A DNA stretch of 64,000 bases from an uncultured Chloroflexia bacterium (GTDB taxonomy: Bacteria > Chloroflexota > Anaerolineae > B4-G1 > SLSP01): contig CAVVUS010000014.1 in the NCBI GenBank assembly GCA_963751345.1, positions 224,001-288,000 of the forward strand, written 5' to 3'. The translations under genes were made by a program, and so were the position numbers. Under the pieces are notes generated by a model. That model worked only from the letters and a program-made list of their open reading frames with translations, was not told where the DNA came from and ran no database searches. Every line of letters starts with the position of its first letter. Position 1 is the stretch's first letter. Below, piece by piece: positions 19,603 to 29,644 of the stretch.

Positions 19603-20889
19603 GTGGCACCACGTCATAGCCAAATAGATGGTCACATTGATATGGGGAGACTGCTGTTCCCGCTCGGACTGGGAACCGCCCTGTCGCTCATGGGAGATGC
19701 GACGCTATATACCGTACTCCCCACCCACACAGCCGAGGCGGGTATCACCTTAGGAGGGGTAGGCGTCCTGCTCGGGGTCAACCGCGCCGTGCGGCTGTTC
19801 CTCAACGGCCCTGCCGGCCTGGCCTACGATCGTTGGCCCCGCCGCCGGCTCTTCATCTCGGCCCTCTTCATCGGGGCGCTCTCCACCGCACTATATGCCG
19901 CGACTCACGGGTTCTGGCCTCTGCTTGTTGGGCGCATGCTCTGGGGGCTGGCATGGTCGGGCATCTGGGTCGGCGGGGCGACGATGATCCTCGATGCAGC
20001 GGCGACCCAAGAGCGAGGTCGATGGACCGGGCTCTACCAGACATGGTTCTTCGTGGGGTCGGCCCTCGGCGCGTTCGGCGGCGGGGTGCTCACGGACCTG
20101 CTGGGCTACACCCTGACCATGGCGATCGGTGCGGCGCTGACGGCTGCGGGCGGCGTGGTCGCCTTTTTCCTGTTGCCGGAGACATCCGGCGCCCGAGCGC
20201 TGATGGATGCCGCCGGCGCGCGCAGCGCACCTGCCTCGAGCCCGGGCTTGAGGCCCGACAGGCCCAATCGCCTGAGCCTCAGGGCGAATGGGGGGCTTTG
20301 GCTCACCATCTCCTTGCAGGGCGTCAACCGTTTCATCGTCTCGGGCGTGGTGTCAGCCACCCTCGGGCTCTTGATCCAGGACTGGGCTCAGAGAGCCGGC
20401 ATAGCGATCGGCGTTGCGACCCTGACGGGCGTGGCGATGGCCGGGCGGACGCTGCTAAGTATGGTGGCAGCTCCACTCGCCGGGACGATGTCGGACCGGC
20501 AGGGCAGTCGCTGGCCGGTCGTCGCGTGGAGTCTGGGCATCGGGACGGCTGGGATGGGACTGTTGGCACTGGGCGGGCCGGTCTGGATCTTGCTGGGTGT
20601 CTCAACCGTGGCAGTTTCCGGCGGAGGTCTGCAGGCCCTGGCGACAGCGCTAACCGGCGACGCCGTCGATCCCTCACAACGAGGCCGAGCCATCGGCCTG
20701 CTGCACACCGCGGGTGATTTCGGCAGCGCCATCGGCCCGTCGCTGGCCTATGCACTGCTGCCGGTCATTGGGCTGCGCGCAATGTACCTACTGTGCGCAG
20801 CTGTCTTTCTGGTCAGTCTGGGCCCGGTTATTCGCTTCTTCGGCAAAGAGCAAGGGCAACACACCACAGCTCAGGCTTCACACGGTTAG
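19603..20889 (+). CDS. MFS transporter
   Basis: GLAYDRWPRRR, ERGRWTG, GTMSDRQG, RGRAIG; ~12 TM segments. Confidence 0.9.
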   Translation: MAPRHSQIDGHIDMGRLLFPLGLGTALSLMGDATLYTVLPTHTAEAGITLGGVGVLLGVNRAVRLFLNGPAGLAYDRWPRRRLFISALFIGALSTALYAATHGFWPLLVGRMLWGLAWSGIWVGGATMILDAAATQERGRWTGLYQTWFFVGSALGAFGGGVLTDLLGYTLTMAIGAALTAAGGVVAFFLLPETSGARALMDAAGARSAPASSPGLRPDRPNRLSLRANGGLWLTISLQGVNRFIVSGVVSATLGLLIQDWAQRAGIAIGVATLTGVAMAGRTLLSMVAAPLAGTMSDRQGSRWPVVAWSLGIGTAGMGLLALGGPVWILLGVSTVAVSGGGLQALATALTGDAVDPSQRGRAIGLLHTAGDFGSAIGPSLAYALLPVIGLRAMYLLCAAVFLVSLGPVIRFFGKEQGQHTTAQASHG

Positions 20890-21102
20890 GGGCCCCGAGA
20901 CCGAACTGGGAGGCCAAGGAGCCGGGGTATCGATACTCACGACAACGCTGCCCTGATAGCTTTCTCCCGCACGGCACCCTGTCCACCAAGAAGACTTGCG
21001 AAGGGCGTGCGACTGCGATACGATGCAGCGAGCTCGAGAACAATGCCGGAGCCCCCGGCACCATGTCACCGATTCTCTCATGCGCTGAGTTGCTGATTTG
21101 CC

Positions 21103-21801
21103 ATGGACACTCGCTACCACATTGCGCTGACACGGATGGCTCTGAAGGACGACTTCAGCGAGGCCGCGCTCGCCGAGGTGATCGCGGCGAACCTGGGTCA
21201 GGATGCCCTACGCTATCAACTCGGCGCTTATCCGCACTTCCACTTCGACAACAACCGCATCGCAGCCTCGCTCGCCTATGTTGAAGACCAACATGCCGCT
21301 ATCGCTGCGGCGGCGTCAGAGAGAGATGGTCCGCGGATGCGGGCCGCGCTAGGCCACATCTTTCACACCGTGCAGGACTTCTACGCCCACGCCAACTACG
21401 TCGACCTCTGGCTGGAGGCCCAGGAGGGTCCGTCGCGCCCACCCCCTGAGGCCATCGACGGCCTGAACGAGCAGATCCTGGCCCATCCCAACCTGCGGAC
21501 CGGCACCTTCGTGATGCTGCGGGACTTCATTTATTACGTACCCCTCATCGGACGCATTGCCCGCAGGATCTACGTCCCGCCGGGCTCACACGAGGCAATG
21601 CACCTCGATTCACCCGACCGTGGCTGGAAGTTCAACTACGCCTTCAGGGCCGCCTACCAGCGCACGTGCGCCGAATATCGGCGCGCAGGTGATGCGGTCA
21701 TCCGGGCCGGTGGCCAGGCGGCCCTCCGGTCATTGACAACCGAGGGCCAGGAATCCGGATTCAGTTCGTCGCCTTCTCCGCCACCGGCAAGACCACTGTG
21801 A
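21103..21801 (+). CDS. HET-C-like zinc-dependent phospholipase C/P1-nuclease-fold protein
   Basis: HFHFDNN, LGHIFHTVQDFYAHANYVD, HEAMHLD. Confidence 0.65.
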   Translation: MDTRYHIALTRMALKDDFSEAALAEVIAANLGQDALRYQLGAYPHFHFDNNRIAASLAYVEDQHAAIAAAASERDGPRMRAALGHIFHTVQDFYAHANYVDLWLEAQEGPSRPPPEAIDGLNEQILAHPNLRTGTFVMLRDFIYYVPLIGRIARRIYVPPGSHEAMHLDSPDRGWKFNYAFRAAYQRTCAEYRRAGDAVIRAGGQAALRSLTTEGQESGFSSSPSPPPARPL

Positions 21802-23278
21802 ACCGGCTGCCCTCGCCAGGACGGCTCTCCACCTCGACGCGCCCTCCGTAAGCCTCTGCCACGCCTTTTACCAGCGCGAGGCCCAAGCCGGCTCCCCCCT
21901 TCTTGCGCGCCCGCGCTTTGTCGACCCGGTAAAAGCGGTCGAAAATGCGGGGGATATCCTCCGGCGGGATCCCCGGGCCGGTGTCGATGACAGAGACCCG
22001 GACGGTCCGGTTGGTCACTTCTGCGGCAAGGGTGATGGTACCGTCAGGTGCCGTGTACTTGATCGCATTGTCCAACAGGTTGCGGATGGCCGCCTGAATC
22101 TGGTCCACGTTGGCAGAGACCGGCGGCAGATGCGGCGGAACCTCGACCTGCAGACGATGACCGGCAAGTTGTAGCAGCGGACCGAAGTCGTCGGCTACCT
22201 GATACAGCAGTGGCGCCAGGTCGATCTGCGCATAGGGCGGCAGTTCGTGGGCGTCCAGCGCCGCCAAAGCCAGCAGATGGTCAACAAGGCGGCGCAGATG
22301 CTGGATCTCGTCCGCCATCTGCCCCACGTAATGATCGACCAGTTCGGGCTGGTCCTTCCCGTGTGCCTGAGCAAGCTCAAGCCGGAGGCTCAGAGCAGTG
22401 AGCGGGGTCCGCAGCTCGTGGGCGGCATGAGCGACGAAGTCACGCTGACGGGCCAGCATATCCCGAAGACGGGCCGTCATTTGATTGAAGGCAGTTGCCA
22501 GGCGGCGGAGCTCTTCCGGGCCACCGGGCCGAACCTGGTAAGTCAGATCCCCGCCGGCAATAGCGTCAGCACCACGCGTCAAGGCGCCAATAGGATGCAG
22601 GATGAAGTGCGCCATGCCGATGCTGATGAGGATGGTCAACAGGGCCACGCCACCCCCGGCAAGGAAGAGGCCGGCCCAGGTCTCCGCAATCTGCCGGTTA
22701 ACCGACGCCATTGGGAGCGAGAGCTGGACATACCCGGCGAGGGCACCGCCGGTGTTGAGCATCGGCGCGGCGACAAACAACCTGCGATCCTGCGACCACG
22801 CATCTCGACGAACATCACGGGTTTGGGTGCTGAACTCCGGCGCGGAAGCGGGAACTTCTGCCCCCAGCGGGATGGCACCGTCGGAACTGAAGATAACACG
22901 CCGATGAGCATCGGTCAACGTCACGCGCCCGCCGGTACTCGCCGCCGCAGACATCACCAGGTGTGTGAGCGTCTCGTCCGGGGCAATGACCTGGACCGAA
23001 CCGTCGTGGTCATCATCATCCGTCTCCAGCGCGTGTTCCGATTCCACACGGCGCACCAGCGGCTCCTCCAGCCCGTTGGCGACGAGGCGAGCCTGCAGCT
23101 CAAGGTCGTTCCCGGCCTGCGTCAAGGCAGCGGATTGCATCCGCAGCCCAAACCAGAGGATCAGGCCGCCAACGCTCAACACGACCAATGCCAGATAGGT
23201 AGCGGGCAGCAGAAAACGCAACCTCTGGGGCTTGATGCCCCGGAGCACTGGGAACCTGCGCGACTTACGTGACGACAT
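21761..23278 (-). CDS. Membrane sensor histidine kinase with HAMP domain
   Basis: Two TMs, HAMP, AAHELRTPL, NLLDNAIKY, DTGPGI, GAGLGL; ATG at 23278 overlaps the regulator's 3' end. Confidence 0.93.
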   Translation of the reverse strand: MSSRKSRRFPVLRGIKPQRLRFLLPATYLALVVLSVGGLILWFGLRMQSAALTQAGNDLELQARLVANGLEEPLVRRVESEHALETDDDDHDGSVQVIAPDETLTHLVMSAAASTGGRVTLTDAHRRVIFSSDGAIPLGAEVPASAPEFSTQTRDVRRDAWSQDRRLFVAAPMLNTGGALAGYVQLSLPMASVNRQIAETWAGLFLAGGGVALLTILISIGMAHFILHPIGALTRGADAIAGGDLTYQVRPGGPEELRRLATAFNQMTARLRDMLARQRDFVAHAAHELRTPLTALSLRLELAQAHGKDQPELVDHYVGQMADEIQHLRRLVDHLLALAALDAHELPPYAQIDLAPLLYQVADDFGPLLQLAGHRLQVEVPPHLPPVSANVDQIQAAIRNLLDNAIKYTAPDGTITLAAEVTNRTVRVSVIDTGPGIPPEDIPRIFDRFYRVDKARARKKGGAGLGLALVKGVAEAYGGRVEVESRPGEGSRFTVVLPVAEKATN

Positions 23279-23990
23279 CGGGGTCCGCGAAGCGGTAGCC
23301 ATAGCCGCGCACCGTCTCAATGAAGCGTGGGGAGGAAGGATCATCCTCCACTTTCTCTCGAAGCCAGCGAATATGCACGTCCAACGTGCGGACATCGCCG
23401 ATCCAATCTTCACCCCACACCGTGTCCAATAGGGTCTGCCGCGCGACGGCGTGCCCGGCCTCTGCCATCAGGGCATAGAGCAAATCAAACTCCCGCTGAG
23501 TGAGCTCAACGGAGCGCTCTCCACGCCAGGCCAGGCGGGCCGTACGATCCAGTACCAAGTCTCCCACCTTGAGGCGCTCGTGCGGCTCATCGATGCCGCG
23601 GTCGAGCTCGCGGCGACGCAGAATCGCACGCACGCGGGCCAACAGCTCGCGGAAACTGAACGGCTTGACGATGTAGTCATCCGCGCCCAGCTCCAGCCCC
23701 ATCACGCGGTCCATCTCCTGGCCACGTGCGGTAAGCATTAGGATGGGGACCGCCGAAGATTTGCGCAGCGCCCGGCAGACAGCGTAGCCGTCCATCGTGG
23801 GCAACATCACGTCGAGCAGGACCAAATCGGGGTCATGATCGAGCGCTTGGGTCAATCCATCTCGACCATCGGTGCTGTGAAGCACGCGAAATCCGGCATC
23901 CTGGAGACCGAAGATCAACGGCTCGGCAATCAGCTCATCATCTTCAATCAGCAGGATCATGACCGGCGTAGGGCCTTGTGATACGGACAT
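23265..23990 (-). CDS. OmpR-family response regulator
   Basis: LLIEDD, LLDVMLP, KPF, DVHIRWLREKVE, ETVRGYGY. Confidence 0.95.
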   Translation of the reverse strand: MSVSQGPTPVMILLIEDDELIAEPLIFGLQDAGFRVLHSTDGRDGLTQALDHDPDLVLLDVMLPTMDGYAVCRALRKSSAVPILMLTARGQEMDRVMGLELGADDYIVKPFSFRELLARVRAILRRRELDRGIDEPHERLKVGDLVLDRTARLAWRGERSVELTQREFDLLYALMAEAGHAVARQTLLDTVWGEDWIGDVRTLDVHIRWLREKVEDDPSSPRFIETVRGYGYRFADPDVVT

Positions 23991-24657
23991 GCACCTCCTC
24001 AGGCGCGCCTGCCCTGGAAGACACGGAGATCAGGATCCGGTAGACGGTCAATGCATAGGTAACCAGCCCAGTACTCAGATAGAGCGCCAACGCCCAGGGA
24101 GTCTGCGCATCCGTCCCTGCGAGCAGACCGTGTGCGAGTGCCAGATAGAATAGGATGAACGTGGTGTAATGCAAAGCGCGCCAGACCCTGGTGCCGATGC
24201 GGCGGCGCACGTAGGAACTAAGCGCGACCATGGCCAACAGGTAGGCCGCGACCTGCCCCAAGCCCACCCAGAACGGCCGGTATGCCGTAGTCGCGAAAGG
24301 CACCAGCAGCGAAATGAGGCTGAATCCAATGTAGCGATCCCCCAGCAGAATCAGCATATGAAAGACAATATAGACCAGCGCCAACACGCTGAGGCTGCGG
24401 TGTATGCTAGCGGCCTGTCCCGCACCGGGCCAGGCACGAGCGACCTTGCTCGTGAGAAGCAGGCCAAAAGTCACCGATAGCCACACCAAGACGTAGGCTA
24501 CGAAGCCACCCACACGGGCCAGATACCAAAAGGCCGTCTCCTGGGAGATGGAGGTGCCCAGGGCCGGGAACGCTCCCGGCAGCAGGGCTATGACTAACGC
24601 AATGCTCAGGACCCCCACAGCCACTATTCCCCACGATATAGCATCGCGACCCTTCAC
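23944..24657 (-). CDS. Ferric reductase-like / MsrQ-like heme b membrane protein
   Basis: WYLARVGG, IHRSLS, FHML, WRALHY, AHG: His pairs in TM helices. Confidence 0.8.
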   Translation of the reverse strand: MKGRDAISWGIVAVGVLSIALVIALLPGAFPALGTSISQETAFWYLARVGGFVAYVLVWLSVTFGLLLTSKVARAWPGAGQAASIHRSLSVLALVYIVFHMLILLGDRYIGFSLISLLVPFATTAYRPFWVGLGQVAAYLLAMVALSSYVRRRIGTRVWRALHYTTFILFYLALAHGLLAGTDAQTPWALALYLSTGLVTYALTVYRILISVSSRAGAPEEVHVRITRPYAGHDPAD

Positions 24658-24661
24658 AGTA

Positions 24662-25774
24662 TCACCTCCACGCATGATCGTCGCGCACTCTGCCTGGCAG
24701 GTAGGCTCCCATCCCCTGCGTCCGCCACTGACGCCCGTCCTGATCCACAAGCACGCCCTCGAGCTCGGGGTGTGCCTCCAATAGGGTCAGCCCAGCCGAG
24801 CGGCCCAGAACCATCACCACGAGAGCATAGAGATCAGCCCTGGCCGCATCCGGAGCGATCACGGTAGCCGTAAGCAGGTCAGTGGCAGCCGGCTGACCGG
24901 TGCGTGGATCGATGATGTGATGCTGCACAGCACCATTTGAGACCCAGCGGCGGTAGTCTACACCGGAGGTGGCCACGCCGCGGTCATGCACCACAATCGT
25001 CGCAATCGGAAGTACGTCGTTGTTGGGGTCGGCGATACCGATTGGCCACCCACGTACACCGGGCAAGCTCCCACGCACTGCCAGATCGCCACCCGCGTCC
25101 ACCAGACACGGGCCCAGCGATGTCAGCATATCGGCAGCACGTGCCGCGGCCCAACCCTTTGCCGTTCCGCTCAAGTCGAGACGAAGGCCGGGCGGCAGGA
25201 TCACCGTACGATGCATCGCATCACGTTCAATCGTCCGCCAGTGCCCACCGTTCCCCTGCCACCCACTGATCTGATGGCTTCCATCTGTCTGCTGGCGCTC
25301 GCCGGTCTGCTGGCGCTCGCCGGTCTGCTGGCGCTCGCCGGTCTGCCGGCGCATGGCCCTTGAACTTGGGGCACCAGCACCGCCCCCGCGGCGGATCTCG
25401 TCGAAATCCCTCTCGTATCCTGCAGCAACCAGAGCGTCCAGCATCGTGGGATTATAGAGCCCACCGGTCTCCTGTGCTGCCTTCAGTGCCCAGGCCAGTG
25501 CATCCCATAGTAGCGAGCTGACAGCTACCTGCCGGCCGGGAGAGACATTCAGACGACCGAGCTCGCTATCCGGTTGGAAGCGGGTGAGTCTGGCATCCAC
25601 CAGCATCATCCACATTTGCACCAGGTCGAGCCGCTCCTCGGCAGCGGCCCTATCACGCGCCAACACCCACGCACCCATTTCGCAGCCCATGGCGCGGAAC
25701 GCCACGTGGTAGAGCTTGGCATCAAGCTCTACCGGGTCGGCGAACCGCACCGGGGCCGTCATCGTGGTCATCAT
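24662..25774 (-). CDS. apbE: FAD:protein FMN transferase
   Basis: FRAMG, SELGRLN, LDLSGTAKG, VDAGGD, ATSG, HHIIDPRTG; ATGA overlap with the upstream gene. Confidence 0.92.
   Translation of the reverse strand: MMTTMTAPVRFADPVELDAKLYHVAFRAMGCEMGAWVLARDRAAAEERLDLVQMWMMLVDARLTRFQPDSELGRLNVSPGRQVAVSSLLWDALAWALKAAQETGGLYNPTMLDALVAAGYERDFDEIRRGGGAGAPSSRAMRRQTGERQQTGERQQTGERQQTDGSHQISGWQGNGGHWRTIERDAMHRTVILPPGLRLDLSGTAKGWAAARAADMLTSLGPCLVDAGGDLAVRGSLPGVRGWPIGIADPNNDVLPIATIVVHDRGVATSGVDYRRWVSNGAVQHHIIDPRTGQPAATDLLTATVIAPDAARADLYALVVMVLGRSAGLTLLEAHPELEGVLVDQDGRQWRTQGMGAYLPGRVRDDHAWR
25287..25352 (-). repeat. In-frame 18-bp tandem repeat in apbE (encodes RQQTGE repeats)
   Basis: gtctgctggcgctcgccg x3 plus a partial copy. 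Confidence 0.9.
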
Positions 25775-26118
25775 CTGGACGAGCGCGTTGTCACAAACGG
25801 CCGCGCAGGCAACGGGGCCGAGGCTGATGGCGCCTGGGTCTGTGGACGCGACGCGGGCGCCGCCACTTGCGGCACCGGGGGAAGGTCCACCTGAGATCCG
25901 GATGGCGACGCCGGCGCGGCATAGGCCTGCAGTGCCTGAACAGTAGGGATTGGCGGCAGCTCGACCGTCACCGATTGCGTTGCACCAGATGTTGCCGGCG
26001 CAACTTGCGGCGTGGAATCTGTGGCCTGGCGGGCCAGGAACACCCACCCACCTACCGTAGCGCCAAGCGACAGCGCAACCATCCAGGGCTTGAGCACCGA
26101 ATTGCGTGGTTTAGTCAT
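25771..26118 (-). CDS. Small membrane-anchored Pro/Ala-rich protein with TSGAT motif and C-terminal TTRSSR
   Basis: ATG at 26118 overlaps the upstream stop; single N-terminal TM. Confidence 0.7.
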   Translation of the reverse strand: MTKPRNSVLKPWMVALSLGATVGGWVFLARQATDSTPQVAPATSGATQSVTVELPPIPTVQALQAYAAPASPSGSQVDLPPVPQVAAPASRPQTQAPSASAPLPARPFVTTRSSR

Positions 26119-26566
26119 CGTCCCCCTCCCGATTGTGTGACTCAAAGGCCCCATCGTCAGAATAGGGTTGCCCATAGGCAGGGGCCGCGGGGGCAGGCGA
26201 CGCCTGTCGTGCCGCCTGTTGCTGCAGTAGGGCGTTAGCGCGTTGGAGCGTCTGTTGGTAGGCAGCCTCACGCGCCAGTAACGTCTGGTTCTGAGTGACC
26301 AGCGCCGCCTGTTCTTGCTGCAGTTGCGCGATCGTGGCATTTGCCTGCTGGATCTCTTGATTAGCCTTCTGTAGCCGAGCTTGGTATTCCGCCTCACGAG
26401 CTAACAGAATATCGACCGTTGCAGGATCCGATGGGGACACGACGGCAGCTTCTACCGGAGCAGGGCCCCTCTGCCCGTGCATCAACGACAGCGCTATCAA
26501 GCTACCGGCGCCCAGCACAAAGACCGTCAGCACCGCCGTGATCCACAAAGCCCTCCGCTGCCTCAT
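26111..26566 (-). CDS. Membrane-anchored coiled-coil protein
   Basis: N-terminal TM, two LLAREA[EA]YQ repeats, acidic C-terminus; GGAGG RBS. Confidence 0.75.
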   Translation of the reverse strand: MRQRRALWITAVLTVFVLGAGSLIALSLMHGQRGPAPVEAAVVSPSDPATVDILLAREAEYQARLQKANQEIQQANATIAQLQQEQAALVTQNQTLLAREAAYQQTLQRANALLQQQAARQASPAPAAPAYGQPYSDDGAFESHNREGDDD

Positions 26567-26596
26567 CGCATGCCTCCTGTGTGTGGGGATGCAATG

Positions 26597-26651
26597 AGTA
26601 TAACGGGTTAGCGGTGACCTGAGGTTAAGCAGGACTTAAGCGAAGTTTAAG
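26597..26651 (-). promoter_or_regulatory. Promoter with three CTTAA direct repeats at 11-bp period (OmpR-family box) and a TATACT -10
   Basis: TTAAG on + at 26625, 26636 and 26647; AGTATA at 26597-26602. Confidence 0.65.
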
Positions 26652-26839
26652 GGGAGGTTATGTCGCGGAATCCTGATCCCATGCGCCGTTTTGTGACTCA
26701 CGTAAATCTCCAGAGCGTGCTGGGGCAGCACATCCCGCACGCTCTGGAGAAGATCACTGTCACTGTCGTAGGGCATGATCTTGCCCTCACTTCCGATCAA
26801 CTACCCGCTATTTTCCTCGCTCGCTCCCTCAGTGACTTG

Positions 26840-27805
26840 TTAGTTCACCGAGTTGCCCACCGGGGGCAGGAGCTCGGGCGGCGTGGGTGTTGCCGGCTGT
26901 GCCTCCAATTGCTGCTCAACCTTACGCGCACCCTCACGCCAGCGCAGCCAGAGGCTGAACAGACCGGCCGCACCGATAAAAGCCTGAGCGATGAATATGT
27001 CCAGGCCGGAGGCAACATAGTTGGACAGCAGCCCGGGAAGCCCATCCCACAGACCATGCAGGGCTACGACCCAAAGATAGGCGCCGATCACCTTCAGGTT
27101 GATCCGGAAGTGCCCCTCCCTGCTCTCGCGAAACAGCACTGCAGCCAATATCGCGGTCCACGTACCGTGGCCCAAGGGCGAGAGAAAGCCACGGAGAAGG
27201 GTCACGCCCACCGTCGCCGACAGGCTTCCCTGGCTGCTCAGGAACGCCGTGAAGGCGTAACCGGTGCTCTCAAGCGCGGCAAACCCCATCCCTGCAGCGG
27301 CGCCCAATATGAGGCCGTCGATTTCCGAGTCATGACCTCGACGGCGGGCGACGATCAAGACGCCCAGGATCTTCACGAACTCCTCGATGAAGCCGATGAC
27401 GAAGGCGGTGACGAAGTCCAGACGACGGACGAAAAGCGGCTCCAGGATTGAGGCAGCAATGACGCCCAACACACCGCCATAGACCATAGCCATGGCCGTG
27501 GTTGGCATCGTTAGTTTGCTGTAGTGGCGGTGCTCGTAAAAGAAGGCCACGTAGGTGATAGGCACCAAGAAGTTTCCTACCATGACCACCGTCGGAAACA
27601 GATTCGGGTTGCCGGTGAGAACAAGGGCGGCCAGGCCCAGGAAGTAGAACACAATGCCGAGCACCAAGACCTTCCACCATGACCAGGAAGGCTTTTTCTT
27701 GTCTTTTGCCGATTTGCCCACTCCCGCAGGCGCTGCTGTTCCGACGGGCGTACCTGTTCCGACAGGCGTACCCGTTCCGACGGGCGTTAGTTCGCTTTCA
27801 GCCAT
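26840..27805 (-). CDS. prsW: PrsW-family intramembrane metalloprotease
   Basis: GFIEEFVK, GMGFAALES, PLGHGTW, LHGLWD. Confidence 0.88.
   Translation of the reverse strand: MAESELTPVGTGTPVGTGTPVGTAAPAGVGKSAKDKKKPSWSWWKVLVLGIVFYFLGLAALVLTGNPNLFPTVVMVGNFLVPITYVAFFYEHRHYSKLTMPTTAMAMVYGGVLGVIAASILEPLFVRRLDFVTAFVIGFIEEFVKILGVLIVARRRGHDSEIDGLILGAAAGMGFAALESTGYAFTAFLSSQGSLSATVGVTLLRGFLSPLGHGTWTAILAAVLFRESREGHFRINLKVIGAYLWVVALHGLWDGLPGLLSNYVASGLDIFIAQAFIGAAGLFSLWLRWREGARKVEQQLEAQPATPTPPELLPPVGNSVN
27736..27787 (-). repeat. In-frame 18-bp tandem repeat in the prsW N-terminus (TPVGTG x3)
   Basis: ctgttccgac(g/a)ggcgtac units. Confidence 0.85.
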
Positions 27806-28036
27806 CGTTCATCCTCCTCTGGACAAGACTTTCTTGCGGCAAAGCTCTCGAAGATGAGACATTCCACACTTTGGTCCGGAGCTACCGACCGAAAACAAAA
27901 GTGCCTTCTCATCAGAATACCACATGAACGATAGACACTCTATTCGGAGTCGGGTTGGATTTGGTTTGCCACGGTTGGGATAGTTGGAGATAGACAGGGC
28001 TTCCTCAATGCGATGCCGAGGATCGGCGATGGCAAC

Positions 28037-28080
28037 AAAAAGGGCGGCGCCACCCCTGATTACTGTAGGGTGGCGCCGCC
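28037..28080 (-). terminator. Intrinsic terminator after rny
   Basis: 13-bp stem GGCGGCGCCACCC/GGGTGGCGCCGCC followed by CTTTTT on the minus strand. Confidence 0.85.
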
Positions 28081-28113
28081 ACAGGCAGCGTAACGTTTGA
28101 TCGTTCCGACGGT

Positions 28114-29644
28114 TTACTTGGCGTATTCGACCGCGCGGGTCTCCCGGATCACGGTCACCTTGATCTGACCGGGATACTCCATCGTCTCCTCGATCTTGTG
28201 CGCTACTTCACGCGACAGCTTGAGCGATGCCAGATCGTCGATCTCACCGGGGCGGACGATAATCCGAATCTCGCGCCCGGCCTGAATCGCGTAGGACTCC
28301 TCCACACCATCGAAGGAGCGCGCAATCTCCTCAAGACCCCGAATGCGCTTGATGTAGTGCTCCAGGCTCTCCCGACGGGCACCCGGGCGCGCGCCGGAGA
28401 TCGCATCCGCGGCCTCAACCAGAACGGACTCGAGCGACTGCTGCTCGACCTCGTGGTGGTGCGACTCAATGCAGTTGATCACTGCCTTGGGGACCCCGTA
28501 GCGGCGGGCCAACTCGGCCCCGATCGTCGCGTGCGTGCCCTCAATCTCGAAATCGACCGCCTTGCCGATGTCGTGGAGCAACCCACCCATCCGCGCGATC
28601 TCGGGATTGCCTCCTACCTCGGCAGCTAACAAGCTGGACAGCTTGGCGACCTCGACAGCGTGTCCCAGTTGGTTCTGGCCATAGCTGGTTCTGAAGTATA
28701 GCCGACCCAGCAGCTTCATCAGCTCCGGATGCAGGTTCGGGACCTCAGCCTCGTAGACGGCCCGGTCAGCCTGCTCCTTCATGATCTGGTCCACTTCCTT
28801 GGTCGCCTTCTCCAGCACCTTCTCGATGCGGGCCGGGTGGATTCGCCCGTCCGCGACCAGGTAGTGCATGGCCCGTCGCCGCGATCTCCCTGCGAATAGG
28901 ATTGAATGATGAGATCGTGATCAACTCCGGCGTGTCATCGACGATGACATCCACGGCAGCCTTCTGCTCGAAGACACGGATATTGCGCCCACCACGACCA
29001 ATGATACGCCCCTTGAGTTCATCGTTGGGGATTTCGAGCGTCTTGGTGGTCAGCTCGGCAACCTGCTCCGAAGCGAGTCGCTGGATCGATGTGGTGATGA
29101 TGTCGCGCGCTCGTTCGTCCGACTCCTGCCGCGCCCGCATCTCCTCCTCGCGCATCACCCGCGCCATATCCTGGCGTGTTTCCTGCGCGACCTGATCCAG
29201 GAGTACATTCCGGGCATCCTCAACCGTGAGATTTGCGATGCGCTGCAACTCCTCCAGGCGCTGCTCTTCCACCTTCTGCAGATCGTTGTGGCGCTTATCA
29301 AGTGCGCTCTGGCGCTTACTCAACTGCTGCTCACGCTGATCGACGCGTTCCTGTCGGGTGTCCAGCTGCTCACGGCGCTTCTGTAAGCGATCTTCCTCAC
29401 GCCGTAACTGCTGATTCCGTGCATCGAGCTCGGCCTCCATCTCTTGCCGAGTCTTGAGGGTCTCATCCCTCGCGTTAAGCACGATGTCCCGAGCCTGTTT
29501 CTCTGCTTCCTCAAGCAAGCGGGCCCGCATCGCCTCCAGATTACCGAGCTCTTGCTGGAAACGCTGCTGGCGGACGAAGTATCCTGCTGCTCCGCCGGCG
29601 GCCAGTCCGATGATTAGTGCAATGACACCAATAAGCCACTCCAT
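28114..29644 (-). CDS. rny: Ribonuclease Y (one frameshift near 28880, likely a sequencing indel)
   Basis: N-terminal TM and coiled coil, [37 protein letters not shown]; removing 1 nt restores REIARRAMHYL. Confidence 0.95.

Noticed and set aside
22247-23272. Long antisense ORFs (this one, also 48893-49882, 62190-63149 and 16099-16992)
   Set aside because: Shadow frames of well-supported genes in GC-rich DNA, with no recognisable motifs.
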